This document shows positions 1-9,755 of a stretch of 64,000 bases of DNA, piece by piece (positions within the stretch are counted from its first letter, which is position 1; each line of letters begins with the position of its first letter). Both the position numbers and the translations under genes were made by a program. The notes under the pieces are model-generated. The model was not told the origin of the DNA, did not search any database, and saw nothing but the letters and a program-made list of their open reading frames with translations. The stretch covers positions 34,372 through 98,371 of the forward strand of contig JAFUQQ010000014.1 in assembly GCA_017472285.1 (NCBI GenBank). Direction: 5' to 3'. Source of the DNA: Clostridia bacterium. GTDB taxonomy: Bacteria; Bacillota; Clostridia; Oscillospirales; CAG-272.

Positions 1-2
1 GT

Positions 3-212
3 ACGGTCGAAAACAGTATTCTTTTCCGCGGTGTCCGTGTCGGTAAGGGTGCGGTCGTCAAAAACAGCATTCTTTTCCAGGATACCATCATTTCGGATAA
101 CGCTTCTGTCGCTTACACCACTTGCGATAAGAACGTCATTATCCGCAATAACGTAACACTGTCCGGCCATTCCACGCTCCCGCTCTATATCGACCGCGGC
201 AGAATGGTATGA
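3..212 (+). CDS. glgD: glucose-1-phosphate adenylyltransferase subunit, C-terminal fragment (5' end outside window)
   Basis: Frame 3 is open from the window edge to TGA at 210-212. The translation TVENSILFRGVRVGKGAVVKNSILFQDTIISDNASV...LPLYIDRGRMV is a hexapeptide-repeat (left-handed beta-helix) tail like ADP-glucose pyrophosphorylase subunits. Its position directly upstream of glgA matches the Firmicutes glgC-glgD-glgA order. GlgC versus GlgD cannot be separated from this fragment. Confidence 0.55.
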   Translation, partial: TVENSILFRGVRVGKGAVVKNSILFQDTIISDNASVAYTTCDKNVIIRNNVTLSGHSTLPLYIDRGRMV

Positions 213-508
213 TACGCATCTGAAGATCATTTTCTTGCGTCTTACGATGCCGTCGGCTTTATGCCGATGGCATCGGTGGAAGTAAGAAGTAAGGGGTAAC
301 GGACGCGGCGGTAAAAACCCCGTTCTTTTGCTTTTTACAAGAGAAGCAGCGGCAGTCTTGCCTCGCCTTTACTTCTTGCTTCCAACTCCTTTCTCTTCGG
401 CAGCGATGCGGAAGATATCTCTTTCCCGACGCAAGAAGATCGGAGAATTTGATTTCAACGGAATCACACAGGCGGTGTTTTGCCGCAGAAAGGAAAGGTA
501 ATTTTATT

Positions 509-1948
509 ATGAAAAAGATTTTATATGCAGGCAGCGAAGTGATGCCTTTTGCCGCAACGGGCGGTCTTGGCGATGTTCTCGGTTCGCTCCCCGCAGCTGT
601 GAAACAGAAAGAGCCCGATTGCGACGTTCGTGTCGTTATGCCTTATTATACGCAGATCAAACCCGAATGGCGTGAAAAAATGACGTTCGTGAAGCATATG
701 ATGGTACCGCTCGCTTGGCGCAAGCTTTATTGCGGTATCTATTCTTTGGAAAAAGACGGCGTAATCTTCTATTTCCTTGAAAACGAATATTATTTCAATC
801 GTTCTTCTCTTTACGGATGCTTTGACGATGCGGAACGCTTCGCTTTCTTCTCGGTTGCCGTTCTCGAAATGATGCGCGCTGTCAATTTCTATCCCGATGT
901 TTTCCATGCGAATGACTGGCAGACCGCTCTCGCCGTCATCAAGCTCAAACGCAGCTATACTATGCGTCCTCAGTATTTCGGTATCAAAGCGATCTATACG
1001 ATCCATAATATCGAATATCAGGGTGTTTACGGCATGGAAATGCTGGAAGACATATTTGATCTCGCAGGCATGGACAGTCAGATCGTTGAATGGGATGGCG
1101 CGATCAACCTGACCAAAGGTGCGGTCGTTTGCGCGGATTACATCACAACGGTAAGCCCGAACTACGCGAGAGAAATTCAGACCGAAGCTTACGGCTGCGG
1201 ACTCCAGAATATCCTCCGTCAGAACTCTTATAAGATCGGCGGCATCGTCAACGGTATCGATATGACTTATTACAATCCCAAGGAAGACCCCGATCTGCCT
1301 TATTCTTATTATTGGCGCGCGCTTTCCGGTAAGAAGAAAAACAAGGCAGAGATGCAGGAAAAGTTTGGTCTTGAGGTGAAACCCGATGTTCCCGTAATCG
1401 CAATGATCTCGAGAATGGCTTCTCATAAGGGCTTTGACCTCGTGCTCGCGACCTTCAATGAATTGATGAAAGACGACGTACAGTTCATCCTTCTCGGTAC
1501 GGGTGAAACAGCTTACGAAGATTTCTTCAGCACGATGGCAAAACGCTATCCCGGTAAGGCTTCCATCAATCTCAAATATGATCGTGCGCTCTCCAAGCTC
1601 ATCTATGCGGGCGCGGATATCTTCCTGATGCCCTCCAAGAGCGAGGCTTGCGGTCTTTCCCAGATGATCGCTTCCCGTTACGGCGCGGTTCCCGTCGTTC
1701 GTGAAACGGGCGGTCTTTATGATACCATCAAACCTTACGGCTTTGACGGAAGCGGTAACGGCTTTACCTTTGCCGCATATAATGCTCATGATATGCTTTA
1801 CGTTCTCCGTGAAGCGATCGAACTCTACGGCGACACAGATAAATGGCAGAAGCTTGTCAGAAAAGTTATGCGCGTAGACTTCTCATGGGACGTTTCCGCT
1901 AAAGAATATATGTCTTGCTACGAGCGTCTTTTTGAAACAGAAGAATAA
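509..1948 (+). CDS. glgA: glycogen (starch) synthase, GT5
   Basis: ORF 449-1948 with the start moved to ATG 509, behind RBS AGGAAAGG. The N-terminus MKKILYAGSEVMPFAATGGLGDV carries the K/A-TGGL-x-DV motif. The PSKSEACGLSQM block is typical of GlgA. Confidence 0.95.
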   Translation: MKKILYAGSEVMPFAATGGLGDVLGSLPAAVKQKEPDCDVRVVMPYYTQIKPEWREKMTFVKHMMVPLAWRKLYCGIYSLEKDGVIFYFLENEYYFNRSSLYGCFDDAERFAFFSVAVLEMMRAVNFYPDVFHANDWQTALAVIKLKRSYTMRPQYFGIKAIYTIHNIEYQGVYGMEMLEDIFDLAGMDSQIVEWDGAINLTKGAVVCADYITTVSPNYAREIQTEAYGCGLQNILRQNSYKIGGIVNGIDMTYYNPKEDPDLPYSYYWRALSGKKKNKAEMQEKFGLEVKPDVPVIAMISRMASHKGFDLVLATFNELMKDDVQFILLGTGETAYEDFFSTMAKRYPGKASINLKYDRALSKLIYAGADIFLMPSKSEACGLSQMIASRYGAVPVVRETGGLYDTIKPYGFDGSGNGFTFAAYNAHDMLYVLREAIELYGDTDKWQKLVRKVMRVDFSWDVSAKEYMSCYERLFETEE

Positions 1949-2066
1949 GCCCCCCTCGGCAAAATATTTTAAAATTTATTTTTTCATAGGCATCTGTCGG
2001 AGAGGGATTTGAAGTCCCGTCTTCGACAGGTTGCTCGCTTTTACTCAGAAGGAGATCAATAATACA

Positions 2067-4511
2067 ATGGATCAGTTTAACGCAAACGGAATTTACACGG
2101 AACAGGACATCAAGGACATTCTGGAAGATAAAATTTCCAGATATTTCGGTGTCCGCCCCGAAGAAGCAACAAAAACGCAGGTCTATAAAGCCGTTATCCT
2201 TACCGTTAAGGATATGCTGACGGTCAAACGCTCTGCTTTCCGCCGCCTGATGAAACGTGATAGCGCGAAACGCGTATATTATATGTGCATGGAGTTCCTC
2301 ATCGGACCTTCTCTCAAAAATAATCTTCGCAATCTCGGTATCGAAAACGAATATGCTGCGGCTGTCAAAGCACTCGGATGTGATATCAACGAGCTTTATG
2401 AAGCAGAACCTAACCCAGGTCTTGGTAACGGCGGTCTTGGCAGACTTGCAGCTTGCTTTATGGACTCTCTCACCACACTCGATTATCCCGCAACGGGCTT
2501 CTCTCTCCTCTATGAATACGGTCTTTTCAAGCAGAAGATCATTGAAGGCAATCAGGTCGAATTGCCGGATATCTGGATGCCCGGTTCGGAAGGCTGGCTC
2601 GTTCCCCGTACAGATAAGACGTTCTCCGTCCGTTTCGGCGGCAGAGTCTGTGAAGAATGGGATAGCGGCAGACTGACGATCAATCATGTGGATTATGAAG
2701 AAGTGCAGGCTGTTCCTTATGATATGATGATTTCCGGTTATAAAAATACCGCTGTCAATAATCTTCGTCTTTGGAAAGCGCAGGATATCAAGAGCTTCAA
2801 TATGAAACTTTTCACACAGGGGCAGTATATGCAGGCTGTCGCGCAGAATACAAGCGCGGAAACGCTGACCAAGGTTCTTTATCCTTCCGATGAACATATG
2901 GAAGGTAAGCTCCTCCGTCTGAGCCAGCAGTATTTCCTCGTATCCGCTTCCTTGCAGAATATCATCGCGGATCATCTTTCCCAGTACGGTACGCTCGCAA
3001 ATTTTGCCGATAAGAACTGTATCCATATCAACGATACACACCCCGCTCTCTGTATCCCCGAACTCATGAGAATCTTTATGGATATTTATTCTTTCTCTTG
3101 GGAAGCTGCATGGGATACCATCGTCAAGGTCGTTTCTTATACCAACCATACCGTTATGCCCGAAGCACTTGAATGTTGGAACGAAGATATCTTCAAGCTC
3201 CGTTTGCCCCGTATTCACAATATCGTTTGCGAAATCAACCGCCGCTTCTGCGCGGATCTCTGGAACCTCTATCCTGGTGACTGGGACCGTATCTCCCGTA
3301 TGTCCATCATCGGTAACGGTCAGGTTCGTATGGCAAACCTCAGCGTTGCTGGCTCTCATATGGTCAATGGCGTTTCCAAGCTCCATTCCGATATCCTCAA
3401 GCAGACGGTATTCCACGATTTCTATAAGACAACTCCCGATAAATTCACGAACGTGACCAACGGTATCGCGCACAGGCGTTGGCTCTGTTATTCCAACCCC
3501 GGTCTTGCAAATCTTCTCGATGAAACCATCGGCGACGGTTATCGCAAGAATCCCGAAGAACTTGCGGAATTTAAAAAATACGCAAATGACAGCACCGTGA
3601 TCGATGCGGTGCGCTCTATCAAGCATCAGAACAAAGAAAAATTTGCGGATTGGTTCTGCGCACGTACAGGCGCGAAGATCGATACCCATTCCGTTTTCGA
3701 TGTTCAGGTTAAGAGAATTCATGAATACAAACGTCAGACGCTCAATGCGCTGAAAATCATTGCTCTCTATGAAGAAATCAAGAACAATCCGAATGCCGAT
3801 ATCGCGCCCCAGACCTTTATCTTTGGCGGTAAAGCGGCCTCCGGTTATTATATGGCAAAAGATATCATCCGCTTGATTTGGAATCTTTCCAAAGAGATCG
3901 AAAACGATCCCGCTGTCAGAGATAAGATCCGCGTTGTATTCCTTGAAGATTACAACGTCAGCACGGCTGAGATTCTTATGCCCGCGACCGATATTTCTGA
4001 ACAGATTTCTCTCGCAGGTAAAGAAGCGAGCGGTACGGGCTGCATGAAGTTCATGATTAATGGCGCGATGACGGTCGGTACGCTCGACGGCGCGAACGTC
4101 GAAATGGCTTCCGCTGTCGGCAAGGATAATATCTATATCTTCGGTTTGACGGCAAAAGAAGTAGAGGAGCTTTGGAAGAGCGGTTATTCCTCTATGGCAT
4201 ATTATGCAAGCAATCCGAGAATCAAAGCGGTCATGGACCGTCTTTCCCGCGGCTTCAACGGCGAAAGCTTTGAGGGCCTTGTCAATTACTTTATCACCGG
4301 TAATTTCAGCGTAGCCGATCCTTATATGTGCTTCGCGGATTTTGAATCTTATTTCAGAACGTATCACAATGCGCTTGACGATTATAAAGATCGCAGCGCA
4401 TGGACGACGAAAGCGATTCATAATATCGGCGGCGCGGGTTATTTCGCGGCTGACCGCAGTATCCATGAATACGCAAGCAACATCTGGAAACTTAAAAACG
4501 TAACGGAATAA
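2067..4511 (+). CDS. glgP: glycogen/alpha-glucan phosphorylase, GT35
   Basis: ORF 2031-4511 with ATG 2067 preferred (RBS AAGGAG upstream). Motifs EPNPGLGNGGLGRLAAC and GKEASGTGCMKFMINGA (PLP-lysine region) are diagnostic. Confidence 0.93.
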   Translation: MDQFNANGIYTEQDIKDILEDKISRYFGVRPEEATKTQVYKAVILTVKDMLTVKRSAFRRLMKRDSAKRVYYMCMEFLIGPSLKNNLRNLGIENEYAAAVKALGCDINELYEAEPNPGLGNGGLGRLAACFMDSLTTLDYPATGFSLLYEYGLFKQKIIEGNQVELPDIWMPGSEGWLVPRTDKTFSVRFGGRVCEEWDSGRLTINHVDYEEVQAVPYDMMISGYKNTAVNNLRLWKAQDIKSFNMKLFTQGQYMQAVAQNTSAETLTKVLYPSDEHMEGKLLRLSQQYFLVSASLQNIIADHLSQYGTLANFADKNCIHINDTHPALCIPELMRIFMDIYSFSWEAAWDTIVKVVSYTNHTVMPEALECWNEDIFKLRLPRIHNIVCEINRRFCADLWNLYPGDWDRISRMSIIGNGQVRMANLSVAGSHMVNGVSKLHSDILKQTVFHDFYKTTPDKFTNVTNGIAHRRWLCYSNPGLANLLDETIGDGYRKNPEELAEFKKYANDSTVIDAVRSIKHQNKEKFADWFCARTGAKIDTHSVFDVQVKRIHEYKRQTLNALKIIALYEEIKNNPNADIAPQTFIFGGKAASGYYMAKDIIRLIWNLSKEIENDPAVRDKIRVVFLEDYNVSTAEILMPATDISEQISLAGKEASGTGCMKFMINGAMTVGTLDGANVEMASAVGKDNIYIFGLTAKEVEELWKSGYSSMAYYASNPRIKAVMDRLSRGFNGESFEGLVNYFITGNFSVADPYMCFADFESYFRTYHNALDDYKDRSAWTTKAIHNIGGAGYFAADRSIHEYASNIWKLKNVTE

Positions 4512-4535
4512 GCATTTCCGATCATCTTTCACCCG

Positions 4536-4569
4536 CGGCAATTCCGAGGAGAAACCGTCGGAATTGCCG
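4536..4569. other. 12-bp perfect-stem hairpin in the glgP-GH13 spacer
   Basis: CGGCAATTCCGA (4536-4547) pairs with TCGGAATTGCCG (4558-4569). No U-run follows on either strand, so it is not a canonical terminator. Confidence 0.5.
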
Positions 4570-4594
4570 AAATCAAAAAGGAATGGTCATTAAT

Positions 4595-6529
4595 ATGGCG
4601 GGTTTTTCAAGATTCGGCGCCGTTTCCAAACGGCTTGAAGAAAAATATATCAAATCAAACACAGTCACGGGACTTGGCGCGTTCGAGTCCCATGACACTG
4701 TGGAATTTCGCATCAGCGTTCCGGAATCCGTGATCAGCGCGACGATGGAGGTCTATGCCGATGCGACGGGAAAACGAATGCGTTTTCCTATGAAAAAGAA
4801 AAAAGACAAATACGCAGTTTCTCTTTCTATGAGAACGCTTTGCGGTAATAAGAAAACGGGACTTTTTTATTATAAATACCGTGTACTCACGGAGATGGGC
4901 TTTTTCGATATGGGTCGCCGCGAATACGATCTTTCCGAAACGTATAAAGTCGCGGATGACGGACACGGCGATTTTCAGCTCCTCGTTTATGAAAAAAGAG
5001 AAAATCCTCCCATGTGGCTTCATGGCGGTCTTTTCTATCAGATCTTTCCCGACCGCTTCTTTTCTGCTGGAAACAATGCTGTCAAGGAAGATGCGGTTGT
5101 TTGCCGTGATGCAGAAGAATTTCCCGAACATATGCGCGTCAAGAAGCAGAATGACAAAAATAATCTTTTCTATGGCGGCGATCTTCAGGGCATTACGGAA
5201 AAGCTCGATTATCTGAAGTCGCTCGGCGTGACTTGTCTTTATCTCAATCCGATCTTTGAATCCTCATCGAATCACCGGTACAATACGGCGGATTACAGCC
5301 GTATCGATTCGATGCTCGGTACGGAAGAAGATCTGCAAACGCTGATCGATGAAGCAAAAAAACGTGGGATCGGTATCGTTCTCGACGGTGTTTTCAATCA
5401 TACGGGCAGTGATAGCATTTATTTCAATCAAAATGCGAATTATCCTTGTATCGGCGCGGTACAATCCGAGGAATCTCAGTATGCTTCGTGGTATACGTTC
5501 CGTCATTTTCCCGATCTTTACGAATCATGGTGGGGCATTGAAACTTTGCCGCGTGTGCGTTCCGATGAACCGACGTACAGAGATTTTCTCTTTGGTAAAA
5601 ACGGTATCATCAGGCGTTATACGCGCATGGGAATCTCCGGTTGGCGACTTGACGTTGCCGACGAGCTTTCCGACGACTTTCTTTCCGAGCTTTCCAAAAC
5701 GGTGCGTGAGGAAAAGAAGGATGCCATCGTGATCGGTGAGGTTTGGGAAGATGCGACCAATAAGATCTCTTACGGAACGCGCAAGCGTTATTTCCATGGC
5801 AGAGAATTGGATTCCGTTATGAATTATCCTGTGCAGAAGGCGATCATCGCTTATCTTGCGCACGGTGATTTCGCGCTTCTTAGAAGAACGCTGGAATCCA
5901 TCTACGGTCATTATCCGCCCGAAGCGGCAAATACCCTCATGAATCTGCTTGGCTCGCACGATACGGAACGCATCCTGACGGCTCTCGGTGATAAAGAAGT
6001 GGAAAAACTTCCTTATGAAAAAAGAGCGGGATATAAGATGTCCGAAAAATCGCATGAACGTGCGATGACACGCCTGCGTCTTGCGGTTTGCATCCAGATG
6101 ACAGTTCCGGGTGTTCCGATCATCTATTATGGTGACGAAGCAGGGATGGAAGGACATAAAGACCCGTTTTGCCGTCTACCTTTCCCTTGGGGTAGGGAAG
6201 ATACAGAGCTGACGGAGTTTTACCGTATGGTTTCTCTCGCGCGAAAGGAGGAACCGATCTTCCGCGAAGGATCTTTCCTGTTTGTTTACGCGGATGCGGA
6301 TATCCTTTGCTATGAACGCCGTCATAACGGACAGAAGGTCGTTATTATGGTCAACCGTGGTCGTGATGAATATGAAATCCAGACGGAATTTCTGGCAAGA
6401 GATGCTTTTTCGGGGGAAGTTTCCAAGCATTTCACTTTGAAACCCTCTTTTTTCACTTGGCTCCGTATGCCCGATAACGCGGGCTACAATGCTTTCGTAA
6501 AGATCTCTGAGGAGATCGAAGCCGAATGA
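4595..6529 (+). CDS. GH13 alpha-amylase-family enzyme (neopullulanase/cyclomaltodextrinase/debranching-like)
   Basis: The GH13 conserved regions are present: VLDGVFNHTG, GWRLDVADE (nucleophile Asp), GEVWED (acid/base Glu) and LLGSHDTER. ATG 4595 is preferred over 4583 because of spacing to RBS AAAGGAA. Confidence 0.85.
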   Translation: MAGFSRFGAVSKRLEEKYIKSNTVTGLGAFESHDTVEFRISVPESVISATMEVYADATGKRMRFPMKKKKDKYAVSLSMRTLCGNKKTGLFYYKYRVLTEMGFFDMGRREYDLSETYKVADDGHGDFQLLVYEKRENPPMWLHGGLFYQIFPDRFFSAGNNAVKEDAVVCRDAEEFPEHMRVKKQNDKNNLFYGGDLQGITEKLDYLKSLGVTCLYLNPIFESSSNHRYNTADYSRIDSMLGTEEDLQTLIDEAKKRGIGIVLDGVFNHTGSDSIYFNQNANYPCIGAVQSEESQYASWYTFRHFPDLYESWWGIETLPRVRSDEPTYRDFLFGKNGIIRRYTRMGISGWRLDVADELSDDFLSELSKTVREEKKDAIVIGEVWEDATNKISYGTRKRYFHGRELDSVMNYPVQKAIIAYLAHGDFALLRRTLESIYGHYPPEAANTLMNLLGSHDTERILTALGDKEVEKLPYEKRAGYKMSEKSHERAMTRLRLAVCIQMTVPGVPIIYYGDEAGMEGHKDPFCRLPFPWGREDTELTEFYRMVSLARKEEPIFREGSFLFVYADADILCYERRHNGQKVVIMVNRGRDEYEIQTEFLARDAFSGEVSKHFTLKPSFFTWLRMPDNAGYNAFVKISEEIEAE

Positions 6530-6846
6530 AACGATTGCTTATATTAACGGCGGTGATGCTTTTTCTTTCTTGCGGTTGTACGGCAAAGACGGATTTCAGG
6601 ATCTCTCCTGAAACTGCCGTGTCCCGTCCGATCGTAAAGACAGAGGAAAGACTCACCGTTCTTATCAATAAAAATTCGGGGAAATATCATCTTGACGTTT
6701 CTTGTGTCTATGCCGTGCGCATGGCGGAGGAAAACCGTCTGCTGATCGACGTTCCCGATATCGAATACGTATCGGAACATGGCTATGAGCCTTGCTCAAA
6801 ATGTTCCGATACGGAAAAAACGAACCTTAATACAAATGAATCATAA
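6526..6846 (+). CDS. small lipoprotein with a C-terminal KYH-x5-C ... PC-x2-C metal-binding-like motif
   Basis: The signal/lipobox is MKRLLILTAVMLFLSCGC. The C-terminal half reads SGKYHLDVSCVYAV...HGYEPCSKCS, resembling the short Cys/His motif found on many secreted Firmicutes proteins. Its ATG overlaps the GH13 stop (ATGA). Confidence 0.6.
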   Translation: MKRLLILTAVMLFLSCGCTAKTDFRISPETAVSRPIVKTEERLTVLINKNSGKYHLDVSCVYAVRMAEENRLLIDVPDIEYVSEHGYEPCSKCSDTEKTNLNTNES

Positions 6847-6867
6847 TGGAAAGGAAGGCTTTTTACT

Positions 6868-9093
6868 ATGCAAAAAGAATTTTCTTTTGGTGAAAAACGC
6901 GTGCTTCTGACCGCTTATTCCGATCAGATCATCCGTGTGCAGTACAGTGCGCCCGGTGCGGAATCGCTTTTTGACCGTTACAATCTCCTTACAAAACCCG
7001 ATGAAACCATTGGTACGGAAGTTGAAAACGGTATCGCTGTTCCCGGTCTTACCGTAACATATGCAGACGGCATCGTTACGTTCACAACAGGCCGCGTGAC
7101 ACGTACCGTTGATCTCAAAAATCCCGAAACCGATGCTGTCAAAGCATATTTCAATGAAACGCTCGGCGGTATGCGTCCCGAACCCAAACAGATCATTGGT
7201 GAAGACGCAAAACGCAGCTACGGTACGGTCGATTTCCAGCAGAATCCGAAATATTTCACCGTGAGAGGCTTGGAAGATGAAGTTTTCTATGGTCTTGGTG
7301 CGGCAAATACGGACAGACTGATTCTCAATGGCAAAACTTATCTCCAGCGTGTCGTATATCAGGCAAATGAAATGCCCGTTCCGTTCCTGATGACCAAAGC
7401 AGGCTACGGTATCCTCTGCAACTCGACGTGGTGGCATGGCGTTGACGTTTGCGCAAAGAAAGAAAATGAAATTCTCTGGTATCTCCCCGACGGTGATATC
7501 GACTTCACCGTTTTCGCAGGCGATACGCTCGCAGACCTTCTTGAACGCTTTACATATTTCACAGGTCGTCCCGCGCTCCTTCCGAAATGGGCGCATGGTC
7601 TTGCCTTCCTCGATCAGTATACAGCCGATCAGTATGAAGTGATGAGAAACGCGGCACAGTTCCGCGCATCGAAGCTTCCTTGTGACTCCATCAGCTTGGA
7701 GCCCGGCTGGATGGAAAAACGCTACGATTTCTCCGTCAACAAGAAGTGGAGCAACGGTCCCCGCGGTAAGTTCCTTATCGAAGAATGGGCAAGAAGCAAG
7801 GAATACGGCAAGATCGATCCGAACTTCTTCACGGCGGCTCTCGCTCGCTATGGCTTCAAGCTTCACCTCTGGCTCTGCTGTCAGCACGACTTTACGGCAG
7901 AAGAAGAACGCCGCATCGGCAATGAAGTTGCTCCCGAAATCCCCGATTGGTTCGACCATCTCAAAGCTTTTATGAACGATGGCGCATCCTCCTTCAAACT
8001 CGACCCCTGTCATACCGTTGACAATGCAGATGAAGGCAGAATCTATGCAAACGGTAAGGGCGACCCCGAAATGCACAACCTCATTCAGACCATCTTCATG
8101 CGTGATATGTACCGTGGTTCTGCGGAATATACCGGTAAACGTCCGATGCATCACTATTGCGGCGGTTACACCGGCACAGGTGCTTATGCTGCCTCCAATA
8201 CGGGTGATAACGGCGGCGGTCTTCCCACACTCGCGTGGACACTTTCCTGCGGTATGTCGGGTATCTCCAATGTGACTTGCGATATGGATATCTTCAAAAA
8301 AGCGGGTCTGCATTATTGCTTCTTCACCGCTTGGTGTCAGCTTAATAGCTGGTACGGCTTCTCTCATCCTTGGTGGGCGGGCGAAGAAATGGAACCCATC
8401 TTCGAATATTACGATAAGCTCCGCTACCGTATCCTTCCTTATATCTATTCCACGGCGATCACGGCAAACATGACGGGTATGCCCGTTTGCCGTGCCATGC
8501 CTCTTATTTATGAAGACGAAGCACTTCAGAACTGCATCACACAGTATATGTTCGGTGAAAACTTCCTCGTCGGTGCATTTGCGGATGAGATCACGCTTCC
8601 CGCTGGTCACACATGGATCGATTACTGGACAGGCAAGGCTTATAAGGGCGGCGAGACCATCAAGGGTGGTATTCCCGCAAACCGCGGCGGTTATCTCTTT
8701 GTCAAGGCGGGTGCGATCATCCCGACCGATGAACCCAGACAGCATACCGTTCCCGGCGATACCAAGCATATCATTCTTGAAATGTATCCTTGCGGTGCTT
8801 CTTACTACGATTTCTATGAAGATGACGGCGAAACGATGGAATTCAAGGCAGGCAAGCGCGCTTGCACCAGAATCTCCATGGTGGAAGCTGACGGCATCTG
8901 TAATATCGGTATCGGTGACCGTGAAGGCGAATTCAAGGGCATGACAGACGAACGTGTTTACACCGCTCGCGTATTTGCTTCCGAAAAACCGCAGTCCGTT
9001 ACCGTTGGTGAAACTGCTGTTGACTTTGATTTCGACGGTCAGTTTATCACCTTTGAACTTGGCAATGCAAAGGAAGCAACCATCGTATTTTAA
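6868..9093 (+). CDS. GH31 glycoside hydrolase (alpha-glucosidase/alpha-xylosidase-like)
   Basis: 741 aa behind RBS GGAAAGGAAGG. The overall pattern includes the FKLD nucleophile-region block (compare YicI FKTDFGE) and conserved Trp-rich segments of GH31. Confidence 0.82.
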   Translation: MQKEFSFGEKRVLLTAYSDQIIRVQYSAPGAESLFDRYNLLTKPDETIGTEVENGIAVPGLTVTYADGIVTFTTGRVTRTVDLKNPETDAVKAYFNETLGGMRPEPKQIIGEDAKRSYGTVDFQQNPKYFTVRGLEDEVFYGLGAANTDRLILNGKTYLQRVVYQANEMPVPFLMTKAGYGILCNSTWWHGVDVCAKKENEILWYLPDGDIDFTVFAGDTLADLLERFTYFTGRPALLPKWAHGLAFLDQYTADQYEVMRNAAQFRASKLPCDSISLEPGWMEKRYDFSVNKKWSNGPRGKFLIEEWARSKEYGKIDPNFFTAALARYGFKLHLWLCCQHDFTAEEERRIGNEVAPEIPDWFDHLKAFMNDGASSFKLDPCHTVDNADEGRIYANGKGDPEMHNLIQTIFMRDMYRGSAEYTGKRPMHHYCGGYTGTGAYAASNTGDNGGGLPTLAWTLSCGMSGISNVTCDMDIFKKAGLHYCFFTAWCQLNSWYGFSHPWWAGEEMEPIFEYYDKLRYRILPYIYSTAITANMTGMPVCRAMPLIYEDEALQNCITQYMFGENFLVGAFADEITLPAGHTWIDYWTGKAYKGGETIKGGIPANRGGYLFVKAGAIIPTDEPRQHTVPGDTKHIILEMYPCGASYYDFYEDDGETMEFKAGKRACTRISMVEADGICNIGIGDREGEFKGMTDERVYTARVFASEKPQSVTVGETAVDFDFDGQFITFELGNAKEATIVF

Positions 9094-9114
9094 TTTTCAG
9101 GTAGATGATATATT

Positions 9115-9750
9115 ATGTTAGAAATTTCAAAAACAAGCGTTATGAATATCGATAACGCGATCCGCGGCGCGCGCAATCCGATGAATAGCTGGGCGAGAAG
9201 CGACAGCTTCTACGATGAAAACGGTGAATTTCATCTCGGTGAAGCCGATATCGTTTTCGGTGCGAAGCTTTGCCGCGCGGGTACGGATCACAGAAAATTT
9301 ATCCGTCAGATCTTTGTCAGCGTTGACATTTTAGCTCCGCTTTATTGGTGGAAAGAATTTGATACCTATAAAGTCGGAACGGTTGCCAATTCTACAAGCA
9401 CGATGCATAAGATTCAGGCGAAAGCGTTTTCCCGTGATGATTTCTCTCACGATCACATGAGCGAAACTGCGCTTGCTTGCCTTGATGCAACGATCGCTTG
9501 TCTGGAAGAACGCAGACAGAAATTCCTTGAAACCAAGGATAAAGCGTATTGGTACGATATGATCCAGCTTTTGCCGTCGAGCTACAATCAGCTCCGCACG
9601 GTCACGATGAATTATGAGAATCTCATGAACATTTATTATGCGAGAAGATTTCATAAGCTCGATGAATGGCACGTCGTTTGTCATTGGATCGAATCGCTTC
9701 CTTATGCGAAAGAATTCATTCTTTCTGTAGAAAATAAAGAAAACGCATAA
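9115..9750 (+). CDS. ThyX-fold (flavin-dependent thymidylate synthase-like) protein lacking the RHR signature
   Basis: HRKFIRQIFVSVDILAPLYWWKEFDTYKVGTVANSTSTMH lines up by eye with the ThyX core H-x-x-F-E-H-x-x-F-x-F-x-V-x-AP-x-F-V-x-R-Q-W-x-RHR-x-x-S-x-N-x-x-S-x-RY. RHR is replaced by TYK and S-x-RY by STMH. A second block, LLPSSYNQLRTVTMNYENLMNIYYARRFHKLDE, parallels the ThyX LP-x-x-x-Y-T...N-x-R-S-L-x-N-F-x-x-L-R block. Confidence 0.6.
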   Translation: MLEISKTSVMNIDNAIRGARNPMNSWARSDSFYDENGEFHLGEADIVFGAKLCRAGTDHRKFIRQIFVSVDILAPLYWWKEFDTYKVGTVANSTSTMHKIQAKAFSRDDFSHDHMSETALACLDATIACLEERRQKFLETKDKAYWYDMIQLLPSSYNQLRTVTMNYENLMNIYYARRFHKLDEWHVVCHWIESLPYAKEFILSVENKENA

Positions 9751-9755
9751 CACGA

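Noticed and set aside
1899-4541. An 880-aa ORF antisense to glgP. Similar gene-length antisense ORFs lie opposite glgA (521-1789), GH31 (6841-8769), hisD (47438-48511), hisC (48767-49795), galT (55206-56594), secY (25420-26547) and others.
   Set aside because: - The sense-strand products match highly conserved families over their full length.
- The antisense translations are compositionally abnormal (rich in Cys, Phe, Arg, Ile and His), have no RBS and no recognisable motifs.
- The pattern is what is expected when sense codons TTA, CTA and TCA are avoided, because that removes stop codons from one antisense frame. This can be verified by counting those codons in the sense genes.
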